64,000 nt of DNA, taken from contig JAOUNS010000005.1 in assembly GCA_029880855.1 (NCBI GenBank), positions 145,130 through 209,129 on the forward strand, written 5' to 3'. The notes under the pieces were generated by a model. That model was not told the origin of the DNA and did not search any database. It saw only the letters and a program-made list of their open reading frames with translations. Made by a program: the position numbers and the translations under genes. Below, piece after piece: positions 10,989 to 22,186 of the stretch. This DNA is from Gammaproteobacteria bacterium. GTDB lineage: Bacteria > Pseudomonadota > Gammaproteobacteria > UBA6429 > Thiohalophilaceae. Every line of letters begins with the position of its first letter. Positions within the stretch are counted from its first letter, which is position 1.

Positions 10989-11585
10989 TCAGAAGATGAC
11001 GAATACGGGAATCGAGTCAGGTCTGTTTTGGCTGTGACCCCATACTTCTCGACTGTCAACCGATGCGGGCGTATCCACAATACCGCCCATGCCGGGAAAT
11101 GAAACCGCTTGCAGCACTTCGGCCAAATCAGCTTCCAGACCACGGATGACCGGTTTGACTTTTTCCTGGTCGTACTCCTGCGACAGATGGTTCATTGAAT
11201 ATGACAATACCAACAGGGCATTCACCACATCAGCGACCGCTTCCTGCGGAATATCAAATGCCGGGGCACAGGCCTGCAACATTTCCACCGCCTCGTCAGC
11301 AAACGGTAATGCCAGGCCAAAACAGGCAGTATCAGGTGCAATCTTTCCCACCGTTACACCAATCAGTTCCCGCCATCCACCCAGATCCTGAAATGGATGG
11401 TCAGTGATATCCAGGTATTTCAGTTGGCATCGTCTGCTCTCGGCGATAGCGATGCCCATGGCATTGCCAAAGGCTTCTTCTATCCCTTGTGATAACAACA
11501 TCACAATTTGTTCGTCGTCCTTATCCCGGCTCGACCCGTACAACATCTCAAATGTGGCAACCGGTATGTTTACTGTCAGACTCAT
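10989..11585 (-). CDS. Hypothetical protein (possibly CheX/CheC-like phosphatase fold)
   Basis: 198 aa immediately downstream of the GGDEF gene. Family assignment is weak. Confidence 0.35.
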   Translation of the reverse strand: MSLTVNIPVATFEMLYGSSRDKDDEQIVMLLSQGIEEAFGNAMGIAIAESRRCQLKYLDITDHPFQDLGGWRELIGVTVGKIAPDTACFGLALPFADEAVEMLQACAPAFDIPQEAVADVVNALLVLSYSMNHLSQEYDQEKVKPVIRGLEADLAEVLQAVSFPGMGGIVDTPASVDSREVWGHSQNRPDSIPVFVIF

Positions 11586-11666
11586 GAATAGACCTTTTCG
11601 TTTTATTTTATCTCGAGTTTACGCCAGGTCTGAATCGTACAACAGCCCCATTGTCCTGCACTGCTG

Positions 11667-13118
11667 TCAATGCTGTTCTCCATCATCCTGACATATCTGA
11701 TCGCGACCGGATTCCTTGGCTGTATTGAGCAGTTTGCTCGCCCGCTGAATCATCGCATCGGGTCCGGTATCCGTTTCACTCAATGTCACCAGGCCAATGC
11801 TGGCGGTGATATGCAGCATCTCACCCTCGCTGTAGCCTATTTCCAGATTACGGATGATCTGGTGGATACGTTGTGTTACTTCAAACGCGTTGTGCCTGTC
11901 TGTGTCTGTCATAACCAGACAAAACTCCTCACCGCCATAACGGGCAAACCAGTCCACGGTCCTGATGTTTTTTTGCACGGCATCACAGAGTGTTTTCAGC
12001 ACTTTATCACCGATCAGGACACCGTAGGCCTTGTTAAATCGGCCGAAGAAATCGATATCCAGCAAGGCAATGGAAAATGCGCGGTTGTTTTTTCGGGCAA
12101 GATCAAACTCTCGCTGGAAACGGTTATTAAAATATTTTCTGTTGTATACCCCGGTCAGGCCATCCCGTTCCGCCTCACTGCGCATGCTATCCAGGATCTT
12201 CCTGCCCCGACGGGCGATCAAATTGGATGCACGTTCGGACAAAACACGGGTCAGGTTTTCAAAATTTCTGGTTTCGACATCATCACCTTTTGCCGACGCC
12301 ATGTCCTTCAGGGTGTCATAACACACAACGCTGTTCCGACCACCGGCCTTGGCGGCATACAAGGCTTCATTGGCATGTTGTACAAATTCAGCATAACCTG
12401 CCGCCGGATGGTAAGTGGAGACACCGATGCTGACTGTAATGTCAGTTTTGCAGGAAAACCCATGCCGGGCCACCTGCTGTCTGAATAACTCGGCGGCCTG
12501 CATCGCGCCTGCCGAATCCTGCTCCAGCAGGACGGTGAACTCATCACCGCTTAGACGGGAAATATTGCCGGCATTGATAAAATGTTGCCGGATTAATACC
12601 GCAACCTCACGTAATACAGTATCACCGGCAAGATGCCCGAAGCTGTCATTCAGGAATTTAAATTTATCCATATTGATAAACAACAGGGAGACTGAAACGG
12701 CGCCGGTATTCCCGTCCTCCAGCGACTCCATACTGCGTTGAAATTCTTTTCTGCCGGTCAGACCGGTCAATGCATCCACATTGGCCAAATGACAAATTCG
12801 ATGCAGGCGCCGGTATAACTGCGCGTCTGAAAGCGGATATCTGCATACATCGCCGTGAATACCAAGCGCATCGAGAAATGCAACCTCCTCTTCTTCACCG
12901 GCGACCAGCACGAGGGCGGGCCGGTAAGTCAGACAGGCCTGTTGCAATGCATTGATATCGGTGAAGGCGCGCTGATCAAACACATATGCATCAACCTGCA
13001 TTTCCGCCGTTTGTTCCTGTGCATTCACCGGCCGGGGGATGAAGTGTGCGAAATCGCAATCTTCCGGTAACGGCTCATTGCTGCACCAGCCGATGGTAAA
13101 ACGATCACTGCTTTGCAT
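11667..13118 (-). CDS. Diguanylate cyclase with tandem GGDEF domains (first degenerate SGDEF, second GGEEF) and a degenerate N-terminal receiver-like domain
   Basis: Motifs RLSGDEFTVLL and ARYGGEEFCLVM, with an RxxD-like region. Confidence 0.8.
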   Translation of the reverse strand: MQSSDRFTIGWCSNEPLPEDCDFAHFIPRPVNAQEQTAEMQVDAYVFDQRAFTDINALQQACLTYRPALVLVAGEEEEVAFLDALGIHGDVCRYPLSDAQLYRRLHRICHLANVDALTGLTGRKEFQRSMESLEDGNTGAVSVSLLFINMDKFKFLNDSFGHLAGDTVLREVAVLIRQHFINAGNISRLSGDEFTVLLEQDSAGAMQAAELFRQQVARHGFSCKTDITVSIGVSTYHPAAGYAEFVQHANEALYAAKAGGRNSVVCYDTLKDMASAKGDDVETRNFENLTRVLSERASNLIARRGRKILDSMRSEAERDGLTGVYNRKYFNNRFQREFDLARKNNRAFSIALLDIDFFGRFNKAYGVLIGDKVLKTLCDAVQKNIRTVDWFARYGGEEFCLVMTDTDRHNAFEVTQRIHQIIRNLEIGYSEGEMLHITASIGLVTLSETDTGPDAMIQRASKLLNTAKESGRDQICQDDGEQH

Positions 13119-13161
13119 GTCTGCTCCCGGTTAAATTGACTGGCCTTGTGTTCAGCACCAC

Positions 13162-15492
13162 TTACTGCCCCACTTCCACCACCAGTTCCCGCAGGTCGGC
13201 CCGGCCGTGGTCATCGATGACTCTGACCTTAAAATTCCCCGGCGTGCTTTGCCAGTAATAAGGCGTGCGCGTATCCGTTTTGCCAAGAAAGCTTTCGTTG
13301 ACAAACCAGTAGAGAGTTTTAACATCGGCATCGGTAATTGCACTCAGGGCAATGGTACGATCTTTCTTTTTGTTCGGTCGATAGATATAGGTGACGTTTT
13401 TCAGTGGCGAGGTGATTTTTGGTTTAAGGCCATCCACCGTGTAATTGTGTTGCCTGCATTCCGGCAGAAACGGCGGCGGCAGGCGCCGTGCAATACCCGC
13501 TTCCCGGAATACTGATAACAGATCGGATGACCAGAATTCGTAGAGGCTTTGCTTAACTTTCTTGCCTGGTTTGCAGGCGCGCAGACCGGTGCGCTGATCA
13601 ATGTAGATCAATCGGTGCACATGACATTTGGTTATCGGTGAAACACCGGGGATAAAACCGGCATTCTCCTTGACGGGACAGAACTTGTGGGCGATTTCGC
13701 CGGAGAGCGCACAAACCTTGACCTGTTTGACGCTGTCAGGTTGATAAATACGGACACGGCTGATATCCGGGTAAACCGTACGCAGTGCATCGACAATGCG
13801 AAAGAACAACATACCGGCGGTCTTTCTGCCGATGAGGGCGGGGTTGCCGTCACCCTGAAAGTTACCCACCCAGACCGCCAGCACATATGGTCCGAATATC
13901 CCGATGCTCCAGGCGTCACGAAAACCATATGAGGTGCCTGTTTTCCAGTAGACCGGCATGGTCTGTTGCAAGGCGACATTTTCAAAACTGTGTCCGGGTC
14001 GCGGGTTTCCGCCCAGCATACTGAGCGTGATGTGCGCTGCCGCTTCACTCAATATCTGTTTCGGTTGACTGCGTGATTGGGGTTGGTTGTCCCATCGCAG
14101 CTCCTGCAGTTGTCCCTTGTTGGCCAGCATGGCGTAGAGTTTGACCAGCGTCAGCATGGACACTTCCGCCCCCCCCAGTACCAGTGACAGGCCGTAATGC
14201 TCTTTGGATTTGGGCAGGTCGACATCGGCCTGTTGCAAAAAATCGTACAGATCAGGATTGGCCAGTTGTGCTGCGATGGCGACGGCGGGGACGTTGCGGC
14301 TTTTGATCAATGCTTCTGTCACACTGATGGGACCGGCAAAATCACGGTCATAGTTTTCCGGGTTATAGGCGCCAAAGCTGCTGGGTGCATCCTTGAGCAT
14401 AGTCCTGGCGTGCAGCAGTCCCTGTTGCAGACCGAGGCCGAAGATAAAGGGCTTCAGTGTAGAGCCGGGTGAACGACGCGCCAGTGTGCCGTTGACCTGT
14501 CCGTGGATGCGTTCATTGAAATAGTCGGCCGAACCGACCATGGCCTTGATGGTCATGTCCCGGTAGTCGAGCAATACTGCCGTGGCATTGTAGATCCCCT
14601 GCTTTCGGTTGCGTTCCACAAAGTTATTGATGTTGCGTTCCAGGAGTTGTTGCAAGCGCAAATCCAGCGAGGTGTGGTTATCCTGTTCGGTATGTGTACG
14701 CAACCAGGCCTCGACGAAGTGGGGGGCGTGAAACGGAATGGCCTTGCGATCATGGGCCTGTAACGGTAACCGCAACAACTCCGCTTTTGCGTTACTTTCC
14801 GGATAAGCCTCCAGCCAGCGTTCGATAAGTTCATCCCTGGCACGTATCAAACCGGGGTTGTTACTGCCCTTGTCCAGGCTGCGATAGGCGGGGCTTTGCG
14901 GGATCACCGCCAGAGTCAAGGCTTCATGCAGTGTGAGTCGATCTGCCGTCTTGTTGAAATAGATCAAACTGGCGGCGGCAATGCCTTCGATGTTGCCGCC
15001 ATAAGGAGCCAGGTTGAGGTAGGCCTCCAGAATTTCATCCTTGCTGTAATGCAGTTCCAGCTGTATGGCGCGCAGGATCTGATAGAGCTTGCCGGGAATG
15101 TGTTGTGACTGGATATCAAAACGCAGTCGCGCCAATTGCATGGTAATGGTGGACGCACCGACTCGCGCTGAACCGGCAATGTAGGTGGTCCAGGCCGCCT
15201 TGATGATAGCCAACGGATTGATACCGGAGTGTTGATAAAAATACCGGTCTTCGTATAACAGGGTCGCCTTTTGAAAGACCGGCGCAATATCCCTGAGTTT
15301 GATCCGCAAACGATATTTTTCATCCGCAGAAATGGTCAGACGCAACAGGCTGCCGCGCTCATCATAGACCGCCTGCGAGACAGGTTTGGTCGCATAGAGA
15401 TCCGGTGATGGCAGAAAAAAAATCAGCGCCGCCAACACAAGACCGGCGGCAATGAACCATCGCCGCCGGATATGTCGCCGATTGTCCAGCAT
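13162..15492 (-). CDS. pbpC: Penicillin-binding protein 1C (transglycosylase/transpeptidase)
   Basis: 776 aa with a GT51 motif region (EDRYFYQHSGINPLAI...TITMQLAR) and a transpeptidase domain, in the conserved pbpC-yfhM arrangement. Confidence 0.85.
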   Translation of the reverse strand: MLDNRRHIRRRWFIAAGLVLAALIFFLPSPDLYATKPVSQAVYDERGSLLRLTISADEKYRLRIKLRDIAPVFQKATLLYEDRYFYQHSGINPLAIIKAAWTTYIAGSARVGASTITMQLARLRFDIQSQHIPGKLYQILRAIQLELHYSKDEILEAYLNLAPYGGNIEGIAAASLIYFNKTADRLTLHEALTLAVIPQSPAYRSLDKGSNNPGLIRARDELIERWLEAYPESNAKAELLRLPLQAHDRKAIPFHAPHFVEAWLRTHTEQDNHTSLDLRLQQLLERNINNFVERNRKQGIYNATAVLLDYRDMTIKAMVGSADYFNERIHGQVNGTLARRSPGSTLKPFIFGLGLQQGLLHARTMLKDAPSSFGAYNPENYDRDFAGPISVTEALIKSRNVPAVAIAAQLANPDLYDFLQQADVDLPKSKEHYGLSLVLGGAEVSMLTLVKLYAMLANKGQLQELRWDNQPQSRSQPKQILSEAAAHITLSMLGGNPRPGHSFENVALQQTMPVYWKTGTSYGFRDAWSIGIFGPYVLAVWVGNFQGDGNPALIGRKTAGMLFFRIVDALRTVYPDISRVRIYQPDSVKQVKVCALSGEIAHKFCPVKENAGFIPGVSPITKCHVHRLIYIDQRTGLRACKPGKKVKQSLYEFWSSDLLSVFREAGIARRLPPPFLPECRQHNYTVDGLKPKITSPLKNVTYIYRPNKKKDRTIALSAITDADVKTLYWFVNESFLGKTDTRTPYYWQSTPGNFKVRVIDDHGRADLRELVVEVGQ

Positions 15493-15495
15493 TAA

Positions 15496-18400
15496 TTACT
15501 CAACCGTAATTTTACCACCCAGACTGCGGTAACGAACGTTACGATCATACATCCCTTCCGCATAGGTGGGCGGCACAACGAATTGTCCCTTATTGGTCGC
15601 CTTGATCCGGTAGATAAACTCTTCAGCGGATTTTGTCATGGTGCCATAGAGGATCACCCGATCTTCACGCAGGTCCATATAGTCCGGTCGCCATTGACTG
15701 TTTTGCTGACGGGTGGCATCCAGCACCAGTTCAAACCCGCCGGGTAACAGATCCACCACGGCCACGTTGTAGTGTGAACCGCCGTCCAGCGTACGCATTT
15801 GCATGCGCACTTCCACCTCTTCGCCGATCTTGACCTTGTCGATCACATTGCCGTTGGTATCACGGTACTCACGATACACTTCCAGACCGCCTTCCAGTTT
15901 CTTGTCCGGCAGGTTGCGATCAAAGCCGGCCTCGGTCGCCTGATAGAAGACCGGTTGCGGGTTGGCGGCGGTATCCAGATTAAGCCGGTTAATGGCCGCG
16001 GCGATATCAATCTGCGGGAAGAGCTTGTCCGGCAGATTCAGTGCTTTCGCCTTGTTTTCCTTGTCATAACCGGTCACCTTCACCTGCATCTTGCCGGCCT
16101 TCTCCACCTGATCGGCATAGGCATCCAGTGCCAGTATGGCGTAGGAGGCGGACAGGGTATTGAAGTGCCCGCTGTTGATGCGTGAAGTGATGGATTCCAG
16201 ATCACCGCCACTGATTTTCTTCAGGCGTTCCGGGAAATGACGCGCCAGGATATACAACAACTGCGCATCCCGAGACAGGTTGTCGTAGAAGGTGCTGTAA
16301 TCCACTTCGATCTTCGCCCCCAGCTTCATATCATCCAGCAGGTTTTCCGCTTCCTTGTCCAGATGCAGGAGTTTATAGGCCGCCGCCATATAGGCACGAC
16401 TGATTTCCTGATCCCATTTACCCTTGTAAAAGCGTTCCATCTGTTCCCGCATTTCGTTCAGATAACGGGTGGTGACCTTGCCGTTCACGGTCAACAGATA
16501 GATGGCATAGGCGCGCACCCGCGCATCAGCCAGATTATCGATGGATTTTTGCGCCATTTGATCCGCATAACGCAGGGCGTGTTCGAGCATACTGTCCGGG
16601 ACAGCAAAACCGTGCTGTTTCGCTTCATGCAGGAAATGCAGTGCATAGATACTCTGCTTGGGTGAAACAAACGAGTTCGCGGCCCAGAAGCCGAAGGCCC
16701 CTTCATTGTTTTGCCGACTGCGCAGGATGTCCACCACCATGTCGATACTGGACTGCGCCTTGTCATGTTGATAGGCCAGCTCCTCGCGACCTTGCAGGGC
16801 CACAATGGGGAAAACCTTGCTCACCAACTGTTCGGTACACAGATGCGGATAGTCTTCCAGATAACGCAACATACCCCGCGACAAGCCCAGCGGGACAATT
16901 GAGGCGGTCAATTCACGCTGCCGGAACTCGGGATACATTTCCCGCGGCAGTTTAAGTTCCGCCTTGCCTTTCTGTACATAACCACCCTGCACATCCACCA
17001 CACGGGTCACGGCCGGACGCACACTCAGATCCACTCCGGCTTTGGATTGTTTATCCTTGTGGGCGGCGACAAAGCTCAGATTGGCGGAACCCAGTTTGTC
17101 GGTCTTTGCCTTGAGGCGGAAGGTGATGCTCTTTTCGCGACCTTCATCAATCTGCAGTTCCTGTTTGGCCTCGCCGACCACTTCCAGATGTTCGGACTGT
17201 TGCAGGGCAACCGTCACCTTGGCCTGTTTGCCCGAACCCTCCACATTGTTGGCCACGTTCAGGCTGATGTTGAATTCGTCACCGGGTGCAACAAACAGGG
17301 GCACATTGGGACTCAGGACAAAGTGACCGCGGGCCAGCGCCTTCTTGTCCGCCACACCCATGCTGCCGGATGAAATCGCCACCGCCATAAAGCGCAGCGT
17401 ACCGTTGAAATAATCGGGAACGGTATAGCTCACCTTGCCGCCGTTACCGGTGGCATCAATGATACCTGACCAGTAGGCAACCGGTTTCTCGGTACGACGT
17501 TTGAAGGGGTTCAGGTTCTTGCTCTCTTCTTCATACATACCGCCGCCCGCCGCAGAGACCTGCCGCACCACAGAGAATTCGGGCAGGATCAGATCGAGGA
17601 TCTGCGCGGTCTCCACTTCCAGGGCCTTTTTGCGGAAGAAGTGTTTCAATGGATCGGGGGTGGTGTAATTCGCCACCTGCAGGATACCTTCATCCACGGC
17701 AAACACCACGATCTTGCCCGGCTGCTGCACCTGATAGTTGATATCCACTTTCTCACCCGGCCGCATCAAGTAAGGCACTTCCAGTTTCACCCGATTGCGA
17801 CGGGCATCGCGATTGATGGTGAATGGCTGGATACCGTAGCTGAGCGGACTCATGAAGATCTCTTTCGAGGCCATGTCACGCACGAAACTGACATTGACAT
17901 AGGCATTGCCTTCAATACCGTCCGGCAAGACGATATTCTGTACCGAACTGGTGGTGCCGGTCTTGAACCACTTATGGGCGTAGACCTTGTCACGTTCGAT
18001 GGTAATCAAGCCGGCACCGGTATAGGGTGCGCGAATACTGACCTGAATGACATCCCCGGCCTTGTAATCGTTCTTGTCGAGTTTGATTTGCAGCTCGGCA
18101 TTCTTTTCCAGGTTGCGTGCCAGATTGGCTTCACCCGCCACACTGAATTTAACCTTGTTCAGCTCTATGCCCTGTTTGTCCTTGACCAGCAGCACATAGT
18201 CACCGGGTGTCTCCGTCGGCAAGCTGTAGTTCACACCCTTGTTACTGATCACCAGTGGTTTTTCACCGAGCTTTTTCTCCTTTAATACCGACTGATACTT
18301 GTAGGTACCATTGTCCTGTTTGACCAGGGCGGAAACATATTTTTGTTCGATCAATTCAACGCTCAGGTCTTTGGCGGCAGTCAGTTCCAGCGCCGGATCA

Positions 18401-21198
18401 ATGGCGATGAATTGCACCGTCCGTTCGCTCTTCTTGCCCACATAACCGAGCGGGCCATCTGACTTAAAGCCCACCAGATAGGTGCGGGGCGAGACCAGGG
18501 TGCTGCGCTCCGTGGAGACACTGCGCCCGCCTTCCGCTTCATACCCATTGGTGCGCAGCGTGACGTTATACGAGGTACTCGCAAAACGTTCCAGGTTGAG
18601 ATTGATCTCGGCTTCACCTTCGTTGTCGGTCAAGGTTTCCGGCAGGCGTTCACTAAAGCCCTTGTCGGCCCGGGCCGGATCGTAGAAACGATAGGCGCTG
18701 TATTTACTGAACACCGGATGATAGGGCGACAGGGTCATGTTGGCGGTAATCCGGCGTTCCGTTGCCGGTGTGCCATAGAGATTTTTCAGGAAGACCCGGG
18801 CACTGAGTTCTTTGGGATGGACCCAGCCCATGATGCGTTCCTGTGAAAACCTCGACGAGATCTTCATCCGATCGGGCAGGAACTCTTCCAGCTTGATCGA
18901 GGTGGACCCCAGCAGGTTGCGCCCGTGTTCATCCTTGACCAGATAGAGTTTGATTTCATACTCACCGGTGGGTGAACTGTTGCGCGTGGTATAACTCAAG
19001 GATTCAAACCCGGCGCTGGAAAGCGGGAATTGTTTTTCCTTGATCACCAGACCACGCGGATCGGTGATCACCGCCTGTAACGGGATATTGGTCAGATCCT
19101 TTTTCCAGTCGGAGGATTTGACAATCATACCTATATTAAAGGTATCACCGGGCCGGTAGATGCCGCGATCCGAGAAGAGATAACCGGTCAGGACGTTCTT
19201 CTCACCGCCCTGTCGTACACCACCGATGTCAAACCGCGACAGATCAAGATTGCGGTCATGCCGGTTATAGGGAATAAAGGCAATATCATCGCCATGGCTG
19301 ACATGGATGGCGGTCGGTTGTTGTCCCCGTTGCAGTTGTGACAGGTTGGGCACCGAAACCTTGCCATTGGCATCGGTCACGGCACGGTGTACCGAAACAC
19401 CGTTAATCCCCAGCACATCCACCCGTGCCCCCATCACCGGGCGGCCGTTACTGATGGAGACCACAAACACGTCTCGGGTCTGATCGGCATTTTGTTTGAC
19501 CAACATGCCCAGATCGGTAATCAGGATCAATCGCTTGGCATTGACACCGGTCTTTTGTTTGCGGTTGACATCCCAGCCGTGCATTTCAAACAGGAATACC
19601 CCGCTGCGTTTTTGCGCGTTCTCCTGCAAGTACTTGCCAAAATCAAATGACGTGTACTGGCTCTTGCCCGGTTTAACTCTGGGCATTCGCTGGGTCTGGT
19701 TAAACAGCACCGAGATATTGTCACCGGTAAACTGATAACTGTTGAAATAGGGATTCTGGAAATTACCCCCCGTCTGGCTCACCAGATGTTGTAACTGCGA
19801 AGGCAAGACATAACTCACTTCATAATAAATACCTTCATTGCCGCGTGAGACAATCGGCAGTTTCTTGTCGCCGCTCAGGGTCAATAGACCGCCTTCCCCC
19901 ATGATCTCCAGTTCTCGGGGATAATCTCCCATGCGACGGGTTTGTTCATAGGTATTGGCAAGGATATAGCCACCCACTGACTTGACACCCTTGTTGAGGC
20001 GGATATACAGGGTACGACGCGGCGGGACATCGATTTTGAAACTGTGCAGGGTGGCAAATTCCCGATCCGCCGGCAGGTGTTGCAGTTGCACACGTTCTGA
20101 AAGGTTGAGTATTTCCGGTCCAATCTCTTCCGGACGAGACCATGAATAGTTTTTGGTCACCCGTTTATGCATTTTTGATACGGGACGATCCTGCGGTAAC
20201 AAATAGACCTCAAGATTTTTTTCCAGCAGGTCTTCATGCACACCGTCGGTTGTTTCGATCAACAGCACCTGTTCCGGATCATTATGCGCATTGCGCACCA
20301 GTGTTGTCTGGGCCGAGGCGATGCGGAAGTAACTGTACATGCCGGGCACCTTGACCCAACCGCTTAACTCTGTCCCCATGGCCACACCATCCCGTTTGGA
20401 ACGGACACCATCATCAATGGTCAGGGTCAGAATCTGTTCCTTGAGCGGAATATCAACCGGTGAGGAATGGATATAGGCCTCATTACCGACCTTGTTGAAG
20501 CTGATCTCATACGGATAGTCATTCCCCTTGTCTTTCAGACGCGGATCGGCCTCTTTCATATTCAGTTTTACCCGTCCCTTGAAATCTTCCTGATCCACCC
20601 GGTGGGAAAACCGCATGGTGGAAACCAGCTTTTTCAACTTGGGATTAACCGGGTCCTGATAAAACTCGGTACTGAGCATTTCACCGCTGAAGCCCGGAGT
20701 TTCAAATGACAGTGAATAACGCTCCAGGCGGATGTGTTTGGGAAACAGTTTGCTGTCCAGATCCACGCTGTATTTTTTGGCGATGGACCACTCTTCTTCC
20801 GGAACAAAGATCAGGCGACGATCCGATTGCCAGGTCCACTTGCCCGCAATCGCCGGGGAGAGTTTGACGCCTTCTGTAATCTGTTTGCCGATCTGTTGCA
20901 ACTGGGCAACCGAATCGCCAAATTGCAGGATCAGGGGATGGGGTTTGGGGTTTTCCTGTGTCAGATCGGTCACGCCCGGCGTGGTCATGTAGACCTTGAC
21001 CGTCGCGGGATTGGGAATGAGTGATATCCCAATCCAGATAATCAACAGCGCAGCCAGGCCACCGCGGAATTTCCATTTATTGTTCTTGCGCCACTGATTA
21101 AATGCAGCCGTAAAATTTTTCAGCGACTGCAGAATTTTTGATAAGGCCTGATTTGATTTAACGCTGTTTTGATTATTTTCTGATGTTGATTCCGTCAC
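15496..21198 (-). CDS. yfhM: Alpha-2-macroglobulin family protein (YfhM/ECAM)
   Basis: 1900 aa with an N-terminal TM/lipobox-like region and the thioester motif CTEQ (LEDYPHLCTEQ). Pairs with pbpC. Confidence 0.9.
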   Translation of the reverse strand: MTESTSENNQNSVKSNQALSKILQSLKNFTAAFNQWRKNNKWKFRGGLAALLIIWIGISLIPNPATVKVYMTTPGVTDLTQENPKPHPLILQFGDSVAQLQQIGKQITEGVKLSPAIAGKWTWQSDRRLIFVPEEEWSIAKKYSVDLDSKLFPKHIRLERYSLSFETPGFSGEMLSTEFYQDPVNPKLKKLVSTMRFSHRVDQEDFKGRVKLNMKEADPRLKDKGNDYPYEISFNKVGNEAYIHSSPVDIPLKEQILTLTIDDGVRSKRDGVAMGTELSGWVKVPGMYSYFRIASAQTTLVRNAHNDPEQVLLIETTDGVHEDLLEKNLEVYLLPQDRPVSKMHKRVTKNYSWSRPEEIGPEILNLSERVQLQHLPADREFATLHSFKIDVPPRRTLYIRLNKGVKSVGGYILANTYEQTRRMGDYPRELEIMGEGGLLTLSGDKKLPIVSRGNEGIYYEVSYVLPSQLQHLVSQTGGNFQNPYFNSYQFTGDNISVLFNQTQRMPRVKPGKSQYTSFDFGKYLQENAQKRSGVFLFEMHGWDVNRKQKTGVNAKRLILITDLGMLVKQNADQTRDVFVVSISNGRPVMGARVDVLGINGVSVHRAVTDANGKVSVPNLSQLQRGQQPTAIHVSHGDDIAFIPYNRHDRNLDLSRFDIGGVRQGGEKNVLTGYLFSDRGIYRPGDTFNIGMIVKSSDWKKDLTNIPLQAVITDPRGLVIKEKQFPLSSAGFESLSYTTRNSSPTGEYEIKLYLVKDEHGRNLLGSTSIKLEEFLPDRMKISSRFSQERIMGWVHPKELSARVFLKNLYGTPATERRITANMTLSPYHPVFSKYSAYRFYDPARADKGFSERLPETLTDNEGEAEINLNLERFASTSYNVTLRTNGYEAEGGRSVSTERSTLVSPRTYLVGFKSDGPLGYVGKKSERTVQFIAIDPALELTAAKDLSVELIEQKYVSALVKQDNGTYKYQSVLKEKKLGEKPLVISNKGVNYSLPTETPGDYVLLVKDKQGIELNKVKFSVAGEANLARNLEKNAELQIKLDKNDYKAGDVIQVSIRAPYTGAGLITIERDKVYAHKWFKTGTTSSVQNIVLPDGIEGNAYVNVSFVRDMASKEIFMSPLSYGIQPFTINRDARRNRVKLEVPYLMRPGEKVDINYQVQQPGKIVVFAVDEGILQVANYTTPDPLKHFFRKKALEVETAQILDLILPEFSVVRQVSAAGGGMYEEESKNLNPFKRRTEKPVAYWSGIIDATGNGGKVSYTVPDYFNGTLRFMAVAISSGSMGVADKKALARGHFVLSPNVPLFVAPGDEFNISLNVANNVEGSGKQAKVTVALQQSEHLEVVGEAKQELQIDEGREKSITFRLKAKTDKLGSANLSFVAAHKDKQSKAGVDLSVRPAVTRVVDVQGGYVQKGKAELKLPREMYPEFRQRELTASIVPLGLSRGMLRYLEDYPHLCTEQLVSKVFPIVALQGREELAYQHDKAQSSIDMVVDILRSRQNNEGAFGFWAANSFVSPKQSIYALHFLHEAKQHGFAVPDSMLEHALRYADQMAQKSIDNLADARVRAYAIYLLTVNGKVTTRYLNEMREQMERFYKGKWDQEISRAYMAAAYKLLHLDKEAENLLDDMKLGAKIEVDYSTFYDNLSRDAQLLYILARHFPERLKKISGGDLESITSRINSGHFNTLSASYAILALDAYADQVEKAGKMQVKVTGYDKENKAKALNLPDKLFPQIDIAAAINRLNLDTAANPQPVFYQATEAGFDRNLPDKKLEGGLEVYREYRDTNGNVIDKVKIGEEVEVRMQMRTLDGGSHYNVAVVDLLPGGFELVLDATRQQNSQWRPDYMDLREDRVILYGTMTKSAEEFIYRIKATNKGQFVVPPTYAEGMYDRNVRYRSLGGKITVE

Positions 21199-21499
21199 GG
21201 CTGTACCCCATTTTTCCCTGTCTCGTCTGATATACCGGCCCGCTTCAGGTCCGGCATCCTCTTGTTCTTGAGAGCATATACAAATTCAGCATTTTTCCCT
21301 ACATGGATTTCCCCTGTTGTGAGTTGATTTTAGCCAATTTTGCCGATTTGGACAGATGAAACTACACTCTTTTTGCAGGCATACAGCCGGGTATCAGCGC
21401 AGTATCATTATCCGCTACAATGCCCATGGCAACCACATAGCGAACCGCCTGACACAGGATATAATTAACCACTGATACCGGTTATACCGGAGGACGCCA

Positions 21500-22186
21500 T
21501 TGCAAACAATACTACTGGTCGAGGATGAATCCGCCATTGCCGATACCGTGATCTATGCCCTGGAAACCGAAGGCTTCCAGACTAAATGGCATACATTGGG
21601 ACAGGCGGCGCTGGCCGATCTGCAACAGGGCGGCGAGTATGCACTGGTGATCCTTGACGTTGGTCTGCCGGATGCCAATGGTTTTGATATCTGTAAACAA
21701 ATTCGCCGCTTTTCTGATGTCCCGGTTATCTTCCTCACCGCCCGCAACCAAGAGATCGATCGCATTGTCGGCCTGGAAATCGGCGCCGATGATTACATGA
21801 GCAAGCCCTTCAGCCCCCGCGAACTCTCCGCCCGGGTCAAGGCGATCCTGAAACGTGTCAAACCGGGCCTTACCGTCGAATCCGACTGTGAATTTATCAT
21901 TGATCACCATCGGGCCTCGATCCGTTATCACGGTCAGCAACTGGAACTGACCCGCTACGAATATCTGATCCTGAAGATGTTGTTACAACAGCCGGAACGG
22001 GTCTACTCCCGGGTCCAGATAATGAATACCGTCTGGAATGAACCGGAGGCCAGCCTCGAACGTGCGGTGGATACCCACATCAAGACCTTGCGCACCAAAC
22101 TGCGGAATATCAACGGCGACAGCGACCCCATCAAAACTCATCGGGGACTGGGCTACAGCGTCAGCGGCCGGGTACATGAGTCTTAG
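21500..22186 (+). CDS. creB: OmpR-family response regulator CreB
   Basis: Receiver domain (LLVEDE, D-box ILDVGLPD) plus a winged-helix domain, followed by creC and creD. Confidence 0.8.
   Translation: MQTILLVEDESAIADTVIYALETEGFQTKWHTLGQAALADLQQGGEYALVILDVGLPDANGFDICKQIRRFSDVPVIFLTARNQEIDRIVGLEIGADDYMSKPFSPRELSARVKAILKRVKPGLTVESDCEFIIDHHRASIRYHGQQLELTRYEYLILKMLLQQPERVYSRVQIMNTVWNEPEASLERAVDTHIKTLRTKLRNINGDSDPIKTHRGLGYSVSGRVHES

Noticed and set aside
22038-22175. N-terminal extension of creC in the ORF track (start 22038)
   Set aside because: The extension overlaps creB in another frame. ATG at 22176 gives the classic overlap with the creB stop.
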